Shown here: piece by piece, positions 36,504 through 46,957 of the stretch
Position numbering within the stretch: the stretch's first letter is position 1
Layout of the letters: each line of letters starts with the position of its first letter
NCBI GenBank assembly: GCA_963812085.1
Contig: CAWETL010000005.1
Span: 128,779 to 192,778 of the forward strand
Reading direction: 5' to 3'
From: an uncultured Gemmatimonadales bacterium
GTDB lineage: Bacteria; Gemmatimonadota; Gemmatimonadetes; Gemmatimonadales; GWC2-71-9
DNA length: 64,000 nucleotides
Notes under the pieces: model-generated
Told to the model about the DNA's origin: nothing
Database searches by the model: none
What the model saw: only the letters and a program-made list of their open reading frames with translations
Program-made: the position numbers and the translations under genes

Positions 36504-38236
36504 CAGGCCGGACTGGCGCCCGGGACCACGGCCACCATTCGCGCCTGCAGCGTGTCGCGCCCCTGGAATTCGTTGCGCTCGAGCTTGAACGCCACGTCCA
36601 CCGGCCCGGGGCCCGTGGGCGCGCGGTCGGCGAGGCCGAAGCCGATGCTGTCGAGGGCGGATGCTCCTGCGCGCAGGGTGGCCTTGAGGTGGGAGCCCCC
36701 CACCACCCGGGCGCCTTCCAGCCGGACGCCGCGGACGGCGAAGACCGGCCCCGGGTTCTCGCTCCCGCACGGCTCCAGCGCGCGGCAGAGCTGCTCGAGG
36801 TCGTCGGTCACCTCGGGCAACTGAAGTTCCAGGTCCACCCGCTGCTCCGGCGCCAGGTCCTCCGGTCGGAGGCGGCGGTTGGCCTCGGCCACGAAGCGAT
36901 CCCGGAACGCGTCGACACGGTCCCGGCGGATCGTGAGCCCGGCCGCCATCCGATGCCCGCCGAACCGCTCAAGAAGATCGCCGCAGGCGTCGAGCGCGTC
37001 CCGCAGGTGGAACCGGGAAATACTGCGACCGCTCCCCTTCCCGATGCCTGGCTCGTCGGCGTCGAACGCGATCATGAAGGCCGGCCGCCCGTAGCGCTCC
37101 ACCAGCCGCGAGGCCACGATCCCGATGACGCCGGCGTGCCAGTCGTCCGCCGCGAGGACCAGCGCGCTGTCGGTGTCGAGCCGCGCACCGGTCTCGACCT
37201 GCTCGATGGCCTGCTCGAGGATGCCCTGGTCGATCGTCTGCCGCCGGTCGTTGAGTCGCTCGAGTTCGACCGCCAGCCGGAGCGCCTCGTCCGCGTCGTC
37301 GGTGAGCATGAGGCGGAGTCCGTCCATGGCGTCCCCGACGCGGCCCGCCGCGTTGAGGCGCGGGCCCAGGACGAACCCCAGGTGTCCCGCCTTGATCAGC
37401 TTGCCCTCGAGCCCCGCCACCCTGATCAGCGCCTGGAGCCCGGGCCAGCGGCTCCGGGCCAGCACCTTGAGCCCGTGCCGCACCAGCACCCGGTTTTCTC
37501 CGCGCAGCGGGACGACATCGGCCACGGTGGCCAGCGCCACGTAGTCGAGGAGATGGAAGGGAAGATTGGTCGGGAGCCCGAGCACCGGGACCAGTGCCTG
37601 CACCAGCTTGAACGCGACGCCGGTGCCGCAGAGCATCTGGTAGGGCGACTCCTCGCCATCGAGCTGCGGGTCCACGACGGCGCTCGCGGGCGGGAGCTCG
37701 GGGCCCGGCAGGTGGTGATCGGTCACGACCACCGCGATGCCTCCGGCGACCGCCGCGCGCACCGTCTCGACCGCCGTGATGCCGCAGTCGCAGGTGACGA
37801 TCAGCCCCGCGCCCGCCGCCTTCGCGGCGGCGAGGCCCGCAGCGCGGAAGTCGTAGCCGTCCCGCATCCGGTGGGGGACGAACGGCGTCACCCTCGCGCC
37901 GGCGGCGCGGAGCGCGCGGGTGAGCAGCGCCGTGGCGCACTGGCCGTCGACGTCGTAGTCGCCGTGGACGAGGATCGGGGTCCCGGCGCGGACGGCGCCG
38001 GCGATGGCCGCTACCGCCGCCTCCATCCCACCGAGCAGGGAGGGGTCGCCCAGCGACTCGAGCTCCGGACGGAGGAACGCGCGCGCGGCACCCGCCTCGC
38101 CGAAGCCGCGCTGCAGCAGCAGCGCCGCCAGCGGACGCGGGACCGACAGCGCCTCGGCCAGGCGCGCCACCTCGCCCTCGTCGGGCGTCGGGGCGAGCAC
38201 CAGCCGGACCGCGCGGGGCGGAGCGACCGATCGCAT
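36503..38236 (-). CDS. recJ: single-stranded-DNA-specific exonuclease RecJ
   Basis: DHH motifs (VHGDYDVDG, VTCDCG, VVTDHH) and DHHA1 (GGHRMAAG). Confidence 0.93.
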   Translation of the reverse strand: MRSVAPPRAVRLVLAPTPDEGEVARLAEALSVPRPLAALLLQRGFGEAGAARAFLRPELESLGDPSLLGGMEAAVAAIAGAVRAGTPILVHGDYDVDGQCATALLTRALRAAGARVTPFVPHRMRDGYDFRAAGLAAAKAAGAGLIVTCDCGITAVETVRAAVAGGIAVVVTDHHLPGPELPPASAVVDPQLDGEESPYQMLCGTGVAFKLVQALVPVLGLPTNLPFHLLDYVALATVADVVPLRGENRVLVRHGLKVLARSRWPGLQALIRVAGLEGKLIKAGHLGFVLGPRLNAAGRVGDAMDGLRLMLTDDADEALRLAVELERLNDRRQTIDQGILEQAIEQVETGARLDTDSALVLAADDWHAGVIGIVASRLVERYGRPAFMIAFDADEPGIGKGSGRSISRFHLRDALDACGDLLERFGGHRMAAGLTIRRDRVDAFRDRFVAEANRRLRPEDLAPEQRVDLELQLPEVTDDLEQLCRALEPCGSENPGPVFAVRGVRLEGARVVGGSHLKATLRAGASALDSIGFGLADRAPTGPGPVDVAFKLERNEFQGRDTLQARMVAVVPGASPA

Positions 38237-38249
38237 CAGCGGACCGGGG

Positions 38250-38960
38250 TCAGCTGTTGTCGGCGTAGTACAGCATCACGCCGCAGCCCTCGCAGGCGTC
38301 CACCACGCCGGACATCCGCATCTGGGCCCGGCGGTTCATCGGCACCGCCGTGTAGCAGGCCCCGCACGCGTCGCCGGACAGCGCCACCACGGCCACCACG
38401 GCCCGTGACCCGCGCAGCCGCTCGTACCGGGACCGCAGGGCCTTGTTGACGGTGGCGGCGCACTCGTCCCGCGCCGTGAGCTTGACGGCCCGGTCGGCCT
38501 CGAGTTCGGCCCGGCGGGCGGCGATCGCCGCGCGCGGCTCGTCCTGGGCCGCCTTCAGCGCCTCCACCGCGGCCTCGGCCTCCGCCACGCGGGCCTCCTG
38601 GGCCTGCACCGCCTCGCTGGCCCGGAACCAGTCCGACTCCTCGCGGGCCAGGACCTGGCGGGCGAGGTCGAGCTCCGCCATCAGCTGCACCGTTTCCTTG
38701 CCAGGACGCGACACCTCCACCCGCTTGCGCCGGCCGTCCTGCAACTTCCGGTAGGTCTCGACCCGGCCTTCCACCTCGATGCGCCGCCGGGTGGCTTCGG
38801 CGACGCCGCGCTGGGCCACGCCCACCGCCGACTCCGCCTGCCGGACGGCCTCGTCGAGCTCCTCTTCCTCCTGCAGGACCTTCTCGAGCACCTGGTCCAC
38901 CTGGAGCAGCGCCAGGTCCTTGTCCTGCAGTTCGAGCAACTTTTCCAGATCGGGGGTCAT
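38250..38960 (-). CDS. coiled-coil protein with C-terminal C4 zinc ribbon (COG1579-like)
   Basis: Long heptad region, then CGACYTAVPMNRRAQ...CEGCGVMLY. Confidence 0.7.
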   Translation of the reverse strand: MTPDLEKLLELQDKDLALLQVDQVLEKVLQEEEELDEAVRQAESAVGVAQRGVAEATRRRIEVEGRVETYRKLQDGRRKRVEVSRPGKETVQLMAELDLARQVLAREESDWFRASEAVQAQEARVAEAEAAVEALKAAQDEPRAAIAARRAELEADRAVKLTARDECAATVNKALRSRYERLRGSRAVVAVVALSGDACGACYTAVPMNRRAQMRMSGVVDACEGCGVMLYYADNS

Positions 38961-38996
38961 CCTGTATTCCTCGCTGAGGTCATGACCTCGGCGCCG

Positions 38997-40778
38997 CTAC
39001 TGCGGCGACCGGGGCCGGTTGTTTTGCCAGTGCATCGCCTTGCGGAGCGCGCGCGCGTACTTCGCGTCGAGCTCCTTCTTCCGCGCCATCTTTTCGCCGG
39101 GGTCGGTCAGCCGCTGGTACTCGCGCCAGTGCGGCCGGAACTCGAGCGCCTCGCTGGCGCTCGCGTAGTGATCGTCGAGGACCGCGTCGGTCAGCGTCGC
39201 CCCGCTCTCCCGGAGCGTGCTCCAGAGCGCGCGGGCCGCGGGAGACAACCGCTCCGCGACCTCTCCCGCCGCCGTCCCCGGCTCGCTGGTGAGCGACTCG
39301 AACACCTCGCGGTGGAGCGGCTCCTCGAACCAGCCGGCCGGCACTTCCCTCGCCGCGCGGGCGCGATAGTCGTCGCTGGCGACCAGGACGCGGAGGAGTT
39401 CCGTCTCGGCCGCGCTCCCCATCTGGCCGCGGCGCGCGGTGGGCCGCTCCGCGGCCACGCGACGGGTGGCGGCGGGCGCCGGGCTCATCGGGGCCGGCGC
39501 GGGCATCGACGCGACTTCCTGCTGCAGGACGTCCTTGCTCACCCCGGTGCGCTCCGCCACCCGCCCCAGGTACAGCTCACGCGTGATGGCGTTGGCGGCG
39601 GCGCGGATGGTCGGGAGCAGGCGGTCGAGCGCCTCGCGCCGGTGCTCGACGCCCTCGAACCAACCCTTCCGCTCCAGGATCTGGATCTTCCGCTCGAGCA
39701 CGTCCACCGCGTCGTGGAGGATCGGCGCGAGCGCCTCGGCGCCGCCCTTCTGCACCAGGGTGTCGGGATCCTCGCCGGCGGGCATCGTGGCCACCCGGAC
39801 CCGGACGTCGTGCCGCAGGAGCTCGTCGCCGGCCCGGAAGGTGGCGCGGAGACCCGGCGCGTCGCTGTCGTAGAGCAGCGTGACCGTCTTGGTGTAGCGC
39901 TTGAGGAGCTCCGCCTGGTCGCCGGTGAGGGCCGTGCCGAGCGGCGCCACCACGTTTTCGACGCCGGCCTGCACCAGGCGGAGGACGTCGAAATAGCCCT
40001 CGACCACCAGGGCGTTCTCTTCCTTGCGGATCGCGTTGCGCGCGACGTGCAGGTTGTAGAGCGACCGCCCCTTGTGGAAGATCGGCGTCTCCGGCGAGTT
40101 CAGGTACTTGGGTTCGCCGGGGCCCAGCAGCCGTCCTCCGAACGCCACCACGCGCCCGCGAATGTCGTGGATCGGGAAGAGCAGCCGGGCGCGGAAGCGC
40201 GGCCCCACGGAACCGTCCTCGCGCCGCACGACGAGCCCCGCCGCCACCAGGACCTCTTCCTTCACACCGAGTTCGGCCATCGCGGCCTGGAATTCCCCGC
40301 GGCGCGGCGCGTAGCCCAGGCCGAGTTCCCCGGCCACCTCGATGGGGATGCCTCTCGCGGCGAGGTAGCTGCGCGCGTCCTCGGCCTCGGCGGCCTCGCG
40401 CAGCTGGCGCGCGAACCAGTCCTGCGCCACCGCGGCGGCGGAGTACAGCGGCTCGTTCGGGTCGGGACCCTGCCGCTCGCTCCGCTCCGGGATGACGATG
40501 CCCACCTTTCGCGCCACCTCGCGGACCGCCGTCGGGTAGTCCATCCCGAACCGCTTCATGAAGAAGCTGAAGACGTCGCCGGCCTCGTGGCATACGTAGC
40601 AGTAGAACATCCCCTTCTTCGGGATGACCGCGAGGTTCCGGTGGGTGCCCCCGTGGAACGGGCAGGGCCCGCGGTAGTCGGAGCCGGTGCGCTTGAGGTC
40701 CACCGCTTCACCCACGATGGCCACGATGTCCGCGGTGTCGCGGACCTGCTCGATCACGTCGTCGGGGATGCCGCTCAC
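38997..40778 (-). CDS. dnaG: DNA primase
   Basis: Zinc-binding CPFHGGTHRNLAVIPKKGMFYCYVCHEAGD, plus TOPRIM motifs EGYFDV and LYDSDAPG. Confidence 0.95.
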   Translation of the reverse strand: MSGIPDDVIEQVRDTADIVAIVGEAVDLKRTGSDYRGPCPFHGGTHRNLAVIPKKGMFYCYVCHEAGDVFSFFMKRFGMDYPTAVREVARKVGIVIPERSERQGPDPNEPLYSAAAVAQDWFARQLREAAEAEDARSYLAARGIPIEVAGELGLGYAPRRGEFQAAMAELGVKEEVLVAAGLVVRREDGSVGPRFRARLLFPIHDIRGRVVAFGGRLLGPGEPKYLNSPETPIFHKGRSLYNLHVARNAIRKEENALVVEGYFDVLRLVQAGVENVVAPLGTALTGDQAELLKRYTKTVTLLYDSDAPGLRATFRAGDELLRHDVRVRVATMPAGEDPDTLVQKGGAEALAPILHDAVDVLERKIQILERKGWFEGVEHRREALDRLLPTIRAAANAITRELYLGRVAERTGVSKDVLQQEVASMPAPAPMSPAPAATRRVAAERPTARRGQMGSAAETELLRVLVASDDYRARAAREVPAGWFEEPLHREVFESLTSEPGTAAGEVAERLSPAARALWSTLRESGATLTDAVLDDHYASASEALEFRPHWREYQRLTDPGEKMARKKELDAKYARALRKAMHWQNNRPRSPQ

Positions 40779-43216
40779 GGGGCGAGTTCCGCCACGGTGG
40801 CGCCGGTGCCGCCCTGGTTGGCGGGGGCGAAGGCGTGACTCCGCACCCGGCGATCGCGGCCGAGGAGCCGCTGCACCCGCTCCCGCACCACGCCGGTGCC
40901 CATGCCGTGGATCACCCGCAGGTAGGGTCGCTCCGCCAGCACCGCGGCATCGAGCGCCGCCAGGAGGGCCATCTCCGCCTCGTCGCCGGTCATGCCCCGG
41001 AGGTCGATCTCCATCGGCGCGTCCAGCGCCGGCCGGACCGCGCTCCGGTGCGGCTGGCCGGCGGGCTTCGGCGCCTCGCCCTTCAGCACCTCGAGCTGCC
41101 GCGCCTCGACGACGACGCGAAGGCCGCCGACCATCACGACGGCGCGGCCGTCGCCCCGGAGCTCGGCGACCGTGCCGACGCCGGCGGCAGGGGTCCGCAC
41201 CCGGCTCCCCACGGCGACGGCCGATCCCTCCGCCTTCTCCTCGCGATCCACCGCGGCCAGCGCCAGGGCGCCCGCGCTGATGCCTTCCTCCACGAGACGC
41301 CGGGCCTCGCGCGCCGCCGTCTCGTCCGCCGCGTGGCGCGCGGCGCCCAGCGCCTCCTCGACCCGCTGCCTGGCCTCCAGCAGGTAGGCGCGCGCCTGCT
41401 CCCGACCCCGCCGGTCGGCATCGCGCTCGCGGCGGCGGAGTTCGTCCTCACGGACCTCGACCGCGGCCAGCTCCGCCGCCAGCCGCGCCGCCCGGAGCTC
41501 GCTGTCGGCATCGCGGGTCCGGAGCTCCGCTTCCGCCGCCTCCAGCGCCCGGGTCCTCCGTTCGGCGTCGGCGAGAAGCGCATCCAGCGTGCGCGCGGCA
41601 CGCGGCACCTCGGCTTCCGCCTCGGCGAGCACCTCCGCGGCGATGCCGAGTCGCTGCGCGATCGCCAGCCCGTACGACCGGCCGGGCACGCCCTTCTCGA
41701 AGCGGTACGTCGGTCGGATGGTCTCGGCATCGAACTGGAGCGAGGCATTGACCGCGCCGGGATGCCGCTCCGGGAGCGTCTTGAGCGCGCCGAGGTGCGT
41801 GGTGGCGAGCGTCATGCTCCCGCGGCGCGTGAGGGAGAGCAGCGTGGCCGCGGCGAGGGCGGCGCCTTCCATCGGGTCGGTGCCGCTGCCGATTTCATCG
41901 AGCAGCACCAGGGTGGCGGCGTCCGCCTCTTCGAGGATTTCCCGCAGCGCCGCCACGTGCGCGGAGAAGGTGGAGAGGTTGGCCGCCAGCGACTGGTGAT
42001 CGCCGATGTCGGCGTAGAACCGGGTGAACACCGGGAGCTGGCTTCCCGCCCCGACAGGCGGGATGATCCCGCTCTGGGCCAGGGCGCCGAGCAGGCCGAC
42101 CGCCTTGAGGAGCACCGTCTTGCCGCCGGTGTTGGGACCGCTGATCACCAGCGTCCGCTCACCGCCGTCCAGCTGCAGTTCGAAGGGAACGACGACTTCG
42201 CCGGCGGCGAGCAGCAGCGGATGGCGGCCGTGCCGGACCGAGAGCGGCGCCGGGGCCGGCAGCATTTCCGGCCGGAACCCCAGCACCTGCGCGGCATACC
42301 GCGAGCGGGCCACCAGGTCGTCCATGCGGACGCACATCTCCGCGCCGGCACGGAGCTCGGCCCAGGCGGGTCGAAGCATCGCGGTGAGCTCGCGCAGCAC
42401 ACGGGCCCGTTCGCGCTCCTCCTCGACCTCCGCCTCGCGCAGCGCGTTGCCGAGTTCGATCGCCTCGGTCGGCTCGAGGAACAGCGTGCCCTGGCTGGCG
42501 GACTCATCGTGGATGATCCCGCCGGGCCGTTGGCGTGCGTCACGGCGCACCGGGATCACGTACCGTCCGCCCCGGAGCGTCACGCCGGCCTCGCCGGACC
42601 CCTCGGTGGCCCGGAGGATCGTCTCCAGCTTCTTCACGAGGCGGGTGCGGGCCGACTGCACGTCGCGTCGCGCGGCGGCCAGCGCGGGGCTGGCCCCGTC
42701 GAGGAGCTGACCGTCGTCGTCGAGCGCCATCTCGAGGCGGCGGTCGAGCGCCTTGTCCGGCACCGGCACCGCGAGCGTCGCCGCGCGGGGCGCCTCGTCC
42801 GCCAGGCGCCGCAACTCCGCCGCGTTGAGTCGGCAGGCGCGGAGGAGGCCCCGGACGCGCACCAGCTCCGGACCGTCGAGCACGCTGCCCTCGACGCGCA
42901 GGCGCGCGAGCGCCGTCGCGGCGTCGGGCGCGGGCTCCACGACGAGGGGCGCTTCCCGCCGGAGCAGCACGGCGACTTCCTCCACCGCGGCGAGTTCCTC
43001 GCGGATCCAGGCCAGGTCGGCGGTCGGGCGCCGGGCGATGATGCGCGCCGCGCCCAGCGGACCGACGGCGAAGCCTGCCACCGCGCGGAGCGCATGGTCG
43101 AATTCCAGGGTGTCGAGCGCCGCGGCGGAACCCCCTCCCGGCAAAGGAGACGGGGTGCCGGCGTCCGAAGGCGCCTGCACCCCGTGGCTGTGTCCGACCG
43201 GTTCCGTCACCATCAT
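40775..43216 (-). CDS. mutS2: endonuclease MutS2 (MutS domain V plus C-terminal Smr)
   Basis: ISGPNTGGKTVLLK, DEIGSGTDPMEGAAL, and a C-terminal Smr domain (IDLRGMTGDEA...VIHGMGTGVVRE). Confidence 0.93.
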   Translation of the reverse strand: MMVTEPVGHSHGVQAPSDAGTPSPLPGGGSAAALDTLEFDHALRAVAGFAVGPLGAARIIARRPTADLAWIREELAAVEEVAVLLRREAPLVVEPAPDAATALARLRVEGSVLDGPELVRVRGLLRACRLNAAELRRLADEAPRAATLAVPVPDKALDRRLEMALDDDGQLLDGASPALAAARRDVQSARTRLVKKLETILRATEGSGEAGVTLRGGRYVIPVRRDARQRPGGIIHDESASQGTLFLEPTEAIELGNALREAEVEEERERARVLRELTAMLRPAWAELRAGAEMCVRMDDLVARSRYAAQVLGFRPEMLPAPAPLSVRHGRHPLLLAAGEVVVPFELQLDGGERTLVISGPNTGGKTVLLKAVGLLGALAQSGIIPPVGAGSQLPVFTRFYADIGDHQSLAANLSTFSAHVAALREILEEADAATLVLLDEIGSGTDPMEGAALAAATLLSLTRRGSMTLATTHLGALKTLPERHPGAVNASLQFDAETIRPTYRFEKGVPGRSYGLAIAQRLGIAAEVLAEAEAEVPRAARTLDALLADAERRTRALEAAEAELRTRDADSELRAARLAAELAAVEVREDELRRRERDADRRGREQARAYLLEARQRVEEALGAARHAADETAAREARRLVEEGISAGALALAAVDREEKAEGSAVAVGSRVRTPAAGVGTVAELRGDGRAVVMVGGLRVVVEARQLEVLKGEAPKPAGQPHRSAVRPALDAPMEIDLRGMTGDEAEMALLAALDAAVLAERPYLRVIHGMGTGVVRERVQRLLGRDRRVRSHAFAPANQGGTGATVAELAP

Positions 43217-43653
43217 CCCAGCGAGAGCTCCGTCCGGGCGATCTGCTGAATCACCTTGCCGTCGGCACGGCCCTTGAACAGCGGGACGACCCGTCCCATC
43301 ACCTTGCCGATGTCGCCGGCTCCCCCGGCGATCGCCGCACGGACCGCGAGGCGGATCTCCTCAGGATCGGCCGCCGGCGGAAGGAACTCCTCGATGATCA
43401 GGATTTCCGCGCGCTCCTTCCCGGCCAGGTCCTCGCGGCCGGCCTTCGCGTACTGCTCGACGGCCTCGCGCCGCAGCTTCACGCCCTTCTGCAGCACGTC
43501 GATGGTGTCGTCGTCGGTGGGAGCCCGCTTCAGTTCGAGCTCCTTGTTCTTGAGAGCGGCAAGGACCGTCCCCAGGAGCTGGGTACGGTCCTTGAGCTTG
43601 GACTTGCGTGCCGCCGTCAGGGCGTCGTGCAAATCGTCCGCGAGCTTAGACAC
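43213..43653 (-). CDS. yqeY: GatB/YqeY domain-containing protein
   Basis: 146 aa: [12 protein letters not shown]...LKNKELE...IIEEFLP...[20 protein letters not shown]. Confidence 0.85.
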   Translation of the reverse strand: MSKLADDLHDALTAARKSKLKDRTQLLGTVLAALKNKELELKRAPTDDDTIDVLQKGVKLRREAVEQYAKAGREDLAGKERAEILIIEEFLPPAADPEEIRLAVRAAIAGGAGDIGKVMGRVVPLFKGRADGKVIQQIARTELSLG

Positions 43654-43843
43654 GTGGCTTCCGGGGACCGCGGCGCACCTTGCGGGCGGCGGCGTTCATC
43701 TTCCGCTTCCGCTTTTCGCTCGGCTTTTCATAGTGCCGGTGCTTACGCAGGTCGGAGAGGATCCCGGCCTTTTCGCACTTCTTCTTGAAGCGCTTCAGCG
43801 CCCGCTCGAAGCTTTCGTCATCGTGAATGATGACTTCGGACAT
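43646..43843 (-). CDS. rpsU: 30S ribosomal protein S21
   Basis: [48 protein letters not shown] (residue 247 of ORF 43646..44581). Confidence 0.95.
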   Translation of the reverse strand: MSEVIIHDDESFERALKRFKKKCEKAGILSDLRKHRHYEKPSEKRKRKMNAAARKVRRGPRKPRV

Positions 43844-43931
43844 CAGCAAATCACCCCTCTCCAGCCCGTGTCTGGGCGTAATGTTATGCAGTCTTTGAAG
43901 ATAGACGGGGGGAGGCGGCTCGGCAAGTCCG

Positions 43932-44279
43932 CTACCCCGGCGGCCAGCCGAGGGCCCGGCCACCGAGGAGGTGGAGGTGCAGGTGCCCGACGCTTTGGCC
44001 GCCGTCCCGCCCCGTATTGGTGACGATTCGGTAGCCGCCTGCATCGAGCCCAAGCTCTGTCGCAATCTCCGCGGCGAAGGCCAGCAGCCGGCCCAGCGTC
44101 CGCTCGCCGTCGGCGCCGACGGCGTCTCGCGCCGCCCCATAGTGGGTGGCGGGCACCACCAGGACGTGCGTCGGGGCCTGTGGATTGAGATCGCGGAAGG
44201 CCACCGCGTCCTCCGTGCGCCGGACGACTTGCGCCGGGATCTCGCCCGACACGATCCGGCAGAAAATGCAATCAGACAT
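43932..44279 (-). CDS. HIT-family (histidine triad) protein
   Basis: [16 protein letters not shown]...[14 protein letters not shown]. Confidence 0.9.
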   Translation of the reverse strand: MSDCIFCRIVSGEIPAQVVRRTEDAVAFRDLNPQAPTHVLVVPATHYGAARDAVGADGERTLGRLLAFAAEIATELGLDAGGYRIVTNTGRDGGQSVGHLHLHLLGGRALGWPPG

Positions 44280-44982
44280 GCGCCCCTCGCTTGCGTGCGA
44301 CCCCGGTGTACACGGCGCCGGCCAGCGCCGCCGTTTCGAACCGGAGGACATAGTCCCCGAACTTGACCGGCTGGAATCCGGCGGCTTCCAGCAACCACCG
44401 CTCTTCGGCGGTGAATCCGCCCTCGGGCCCCACCACGATGGTCACCGGATCGGGGCCGATTCCCGCCGGCGGCACCCGGCCTTCGAGCGCGGCGAGCCAG
44501 CGGATCCCCGACCGGGGCTCTTCGGCAAAGCGACGGAGTTCCACCGGTTCGCGCACCTGTGGCGCCCAGGGCGCGCCGCACTGCTTGATCGCCTCCAGCG
44601 CGCGCCGGCGGAGCCGCTCGACCTGGCCGCCGCGGAGCCGCGATGCCACCCCGTGGGTGTGCTCGGTTTCCAGCGGGACGATCTCCGTGACGCCGAGCTC
44701 TGCCGCTTTCTCGACGACCCAGGCAAAGCGGTCGCGCTCACCCGCCCCGATGGCCAGCACCAACGGCGTCGGCGCGGACGCCAGCCGGACCTCGCCGACC
44801 GCCACGACCGCGTCCCGCCGCCCGAACTCGAGCGTCCCCTCCGCCACGGCGCCGGCACCGTCGAGCAGCCGCACGGTTTCCCCTGCCCCGGCGCGCCGGA
44901 CGCGGAGGTGGTGCACTTCCAGCGCATCGAGCGGAAGGAGCGCCCCGGTGACCAGCGTGCCGGCGGGGACGAGCACGTTCAT
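44272..44982 (-). CDS. rsmE: 16S rRNA (uracil1498-N3)-methyltransferase
   Basis: [12 protein letters not shown]..., [26 protein letters not shown]. Confidence 0.88.
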   Translation of the reverse strand: MNVLVPAGTLVTGALLPLDALEVHHLRVRRAGAGETVRLLDGAGAVAEGTLEFGRRDAVVAVGEVRLASAPTPLVLAIGAGERDRFAWVVEKAAELGVTEIVPLETEHTHGVASRLRGGQVERLRRRALEAIKQCGAPWAPQVREPVELRRFAEEPRSGIRWLAALEGRVPPAGIGPDPVTIVVGPEGGFTAEERWLLEAAGFQPVKFGDYVLRFETAALAGAVYTGVARKRGAHV

Positions 44983-45821
44983 GCGCGCCGCCTCGCTGCA
45001 ACGGCCCACCACCCCGCATCGCGGACCTCCGCGACCGGCTCGAAACCGCCTTCCGCGAGCGCCGGAAGGAAGAGCGGCGCCTCGGCCTCTTCCATGCCGG
45101 AGAAGATGGCCAGGCCGAAGGGCCGGAGCGCGCTGGAGATGGCGGGGAACAATGTCAGGTTGACGGTGCGGAGGATGTTGGAAAGCACGAGATCAACTGG
45201 GCCGAGGAGGGGAGCCAGGTCGGCCGCGTCGCCCTCGAGGAAGCGGCACGATGGCGCCACCCCGTTCTGCAGCGCGTTCCGCTCGGCCACGACATTGGCC
45301 TCGCCGTCGATTTCGATGCCGGTGGCGCGGGCTGCCCCGAGGCGCACGGCCGCAATCGAGAGGATGCCGCTGCCGCTTCCGAGGTCGAGCACCGTGTCGG
45401 ATGGCCGGAGGTGCTGCACCAGAAGGGCGAGCGCCGCGCGGGTCGATCCATGCTCCCCGGTCCCGAACGCCATTTCGGGGTCCACGACGACCACCGCATC
45501 GTCCGGTCCGGCCTCGGCATCGATCCACGATGGGGCCACGATCAACCGCCCGAAGCGCCGGGCCTCGATGCCGTCGCGCCAGCGGGTGGTCCAGTCCACC
45601 ACATCGAGCGTGCGGCGCCGCGCGGTGGCCGCCGGGTCCGGACTCTGGGCCAGCGCCGCGATGAGCGTGTCCGCCGTTGCCTCGTCTTCGGCGAACGTGA
45701 CCAGCGTGCCGTCGCCCTGCTCCTCGACCGCCTGTCCCGTGCGGGCCACGAGCCATGCGGCCAGGGCCGACCCCGCCCCGGACCCTGTCGAGGGCGTCAC
45801 GTCGACCGCCCACCAGGCCAT
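44979..45821 (-). CDS. prmA: ribosomal protein L11 methyltransferase
   Basis: Starts at MAWWAVDV (1-nt overlap with the dnaJ stop). Contains MAFGTGEHGSTRA, VLDLGSGSGILSIAA and SNIL. Confidence 0.88.
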   Translation of the reverse strand: MAWWAVDVTPSTGSGAGSALAAWLVARTGQAVEEQGDGTLVTFAEDEATADTLIAALAQSPDPAATARRRTLDVVDWTTRWRDGIEARRFGRLIVAPSWIDAEAGPDDAVVVVDPEMAFGTGEHGSTRAALALLVQHLRPSDTVLDLGSGSGILSIAAVRLGAARATGIEIDGEANVVAERNALQNGVAPSCRFLEGDAADLAPLLGPVDLVLSNILRTVNLTLFPAISSALRPFGLAIFSGMEEAEAPLFLPALAEGGFEPVAEVRDAGWWAVAARRRA

Positions 45822-46957
45822 CAGCCCAGCGCCTCGCGGAGCCGCGACCAGAACCCCTTTTCCCGGCTGGGCGGTTCGCCTTCGTGCGCCGCGAGCTCGC
45901 GGAAGATTCGCTCCTGCTCCGCCGTCAGGCGCTCGGGTGTCCAGACGTTGATCCGGATGTGCAGGTCGCCCCGGCCTGACTGACCCAGCCGCGGCAGTCC
46001 CTTGCCCTTGAGGCGGAGGACCGTCGCCGTCTGGGTGCCCGAGGGCACCACCACCTGTTCCTCGCCCCACGGCGTCGGCACGGGAAAGGTGCCGCCGAGC
46101 GCCGCCTGCGAAAAAGCGAGCGGCAGGTCGGTGACCAGGTGCTCGCCCTGGCGCTCGAACCGCTCGTCGTCCTCGACCTCGATCAGGACGAGGAGATCGC
46201 CCTTGGGCCCGTTGCGCGGGCCGGAGGCGCCGTGCCCGCGCAGGGTGAGGTAGTTGTTGGTCGAGACGCCCGCCGGAATGTCCACCTGGACCGTCCGCTC
46301 CGCCCGCATCCGTCCCTCGCCGCGGCACACCTCGCACGGCGTGCGGATGACCGTCCCCTCGCCCCCGCAGGTCGGGCACGGCGCCACCTGCACGAACTGG
46401 CCGAACATGCTCCGGGCGGCCCGGCGGACTTCGCCGGTGCCAGCGCAGGTCCCGCACGCGGCGGTGCTGGTCCCCTTCTTGGCGCCGGTGCCGCCGCAGT
46501 GCTCGCACGCGTCGAGGGTCTTGAGCTTGATGGTGCGCTTCACACCGGTGGCCACCTCGGCCAGCGACATCCGCACGGTGACCCGGATGTCCTGCCCGCG
46601 CCGCGCCTCCTCACGCGAGTGGCCACCGGCGCCGCCACCGAAGAGCGACTCGAACCCGCCGAGGCCGCCGAAATCGCGCATGAAGATGTTCAGCGCCTCG
46701 GTCAGGTCGACGTGGTGATACTCGAACCCCGCGCCCCCGCGCCCGACGCCGGCCTTTCCGTAGCGGTCGTAGGCGGCGCGCTTCTGCGGATCGCGCAGCA
46801 CCTCGTACGCCTCGGTAACCTCCTTGAAGCGGGCCTCCGCGTCGTGTGAGGAGTTCCGGTCCGGGTGCAGCTCCATCGCCTGCTTGCGGTAGGCCTTCTT
46901 GATCTCGGCCTCGGTCGCCCCGCGCTCGACGCCCAGCAGCTTGTAGAAATCGCTCAC
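45821..46957 (-). CDS. dnaJ: molecular chaperone DnaJ
   Basis: J domain (DFYKLLGVERGATEAEIKKAYRKQAMELHPDRN), G-rich linker and four CxxCxGxG zinc motifs. Confidence 0.96.
   Translation of the reverse strand: MSDFYKLLGVERGATEAEIKKAYRKQAMELHPDRNSSHDAEARFKEVTEAYEVLRDPQKRAAYDRYGKAGVGRGGAGFEYHHVDLTEALNIFMRDFGGLGGFESLFGGGAGGHSREEARRGQDIRVTVRMSLAEVATGVKRTIKLKTLDACEHCGGTGAKKGTSTAACGTCAGTGEVRRAARSMFGQFVQVAPCPTCGGEGTVIRTPCEVCRGEGRMRAERTVQVDIPAGVSTNNYLTLRGHGASGPRNGPKGDLLVLIEVEDDERFERQGEHLVTDLPLAFSQAALGGTFPVPTPWGEEQVVVPSGTQTATVLRLKGKGLPRLGQSGRGDLHIRINVWTPERLTAEQERIFRELAAHEGEPPSREKGFWSRLREALG

Noticed and set aside
36278-38449. 723-aa plus-strand ORF opposite recJ.
   Set aside because: Antisense shadow ORF. 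RecJ DHH/DHHA1 motifs are on the minus strand.
40835-43249. 804-aa plus-strand ORF opposite mutS2.
   Set aside because: Antisense shadow ORF with a low-complexity Arg/Gly/Glu/Asp-rich product.
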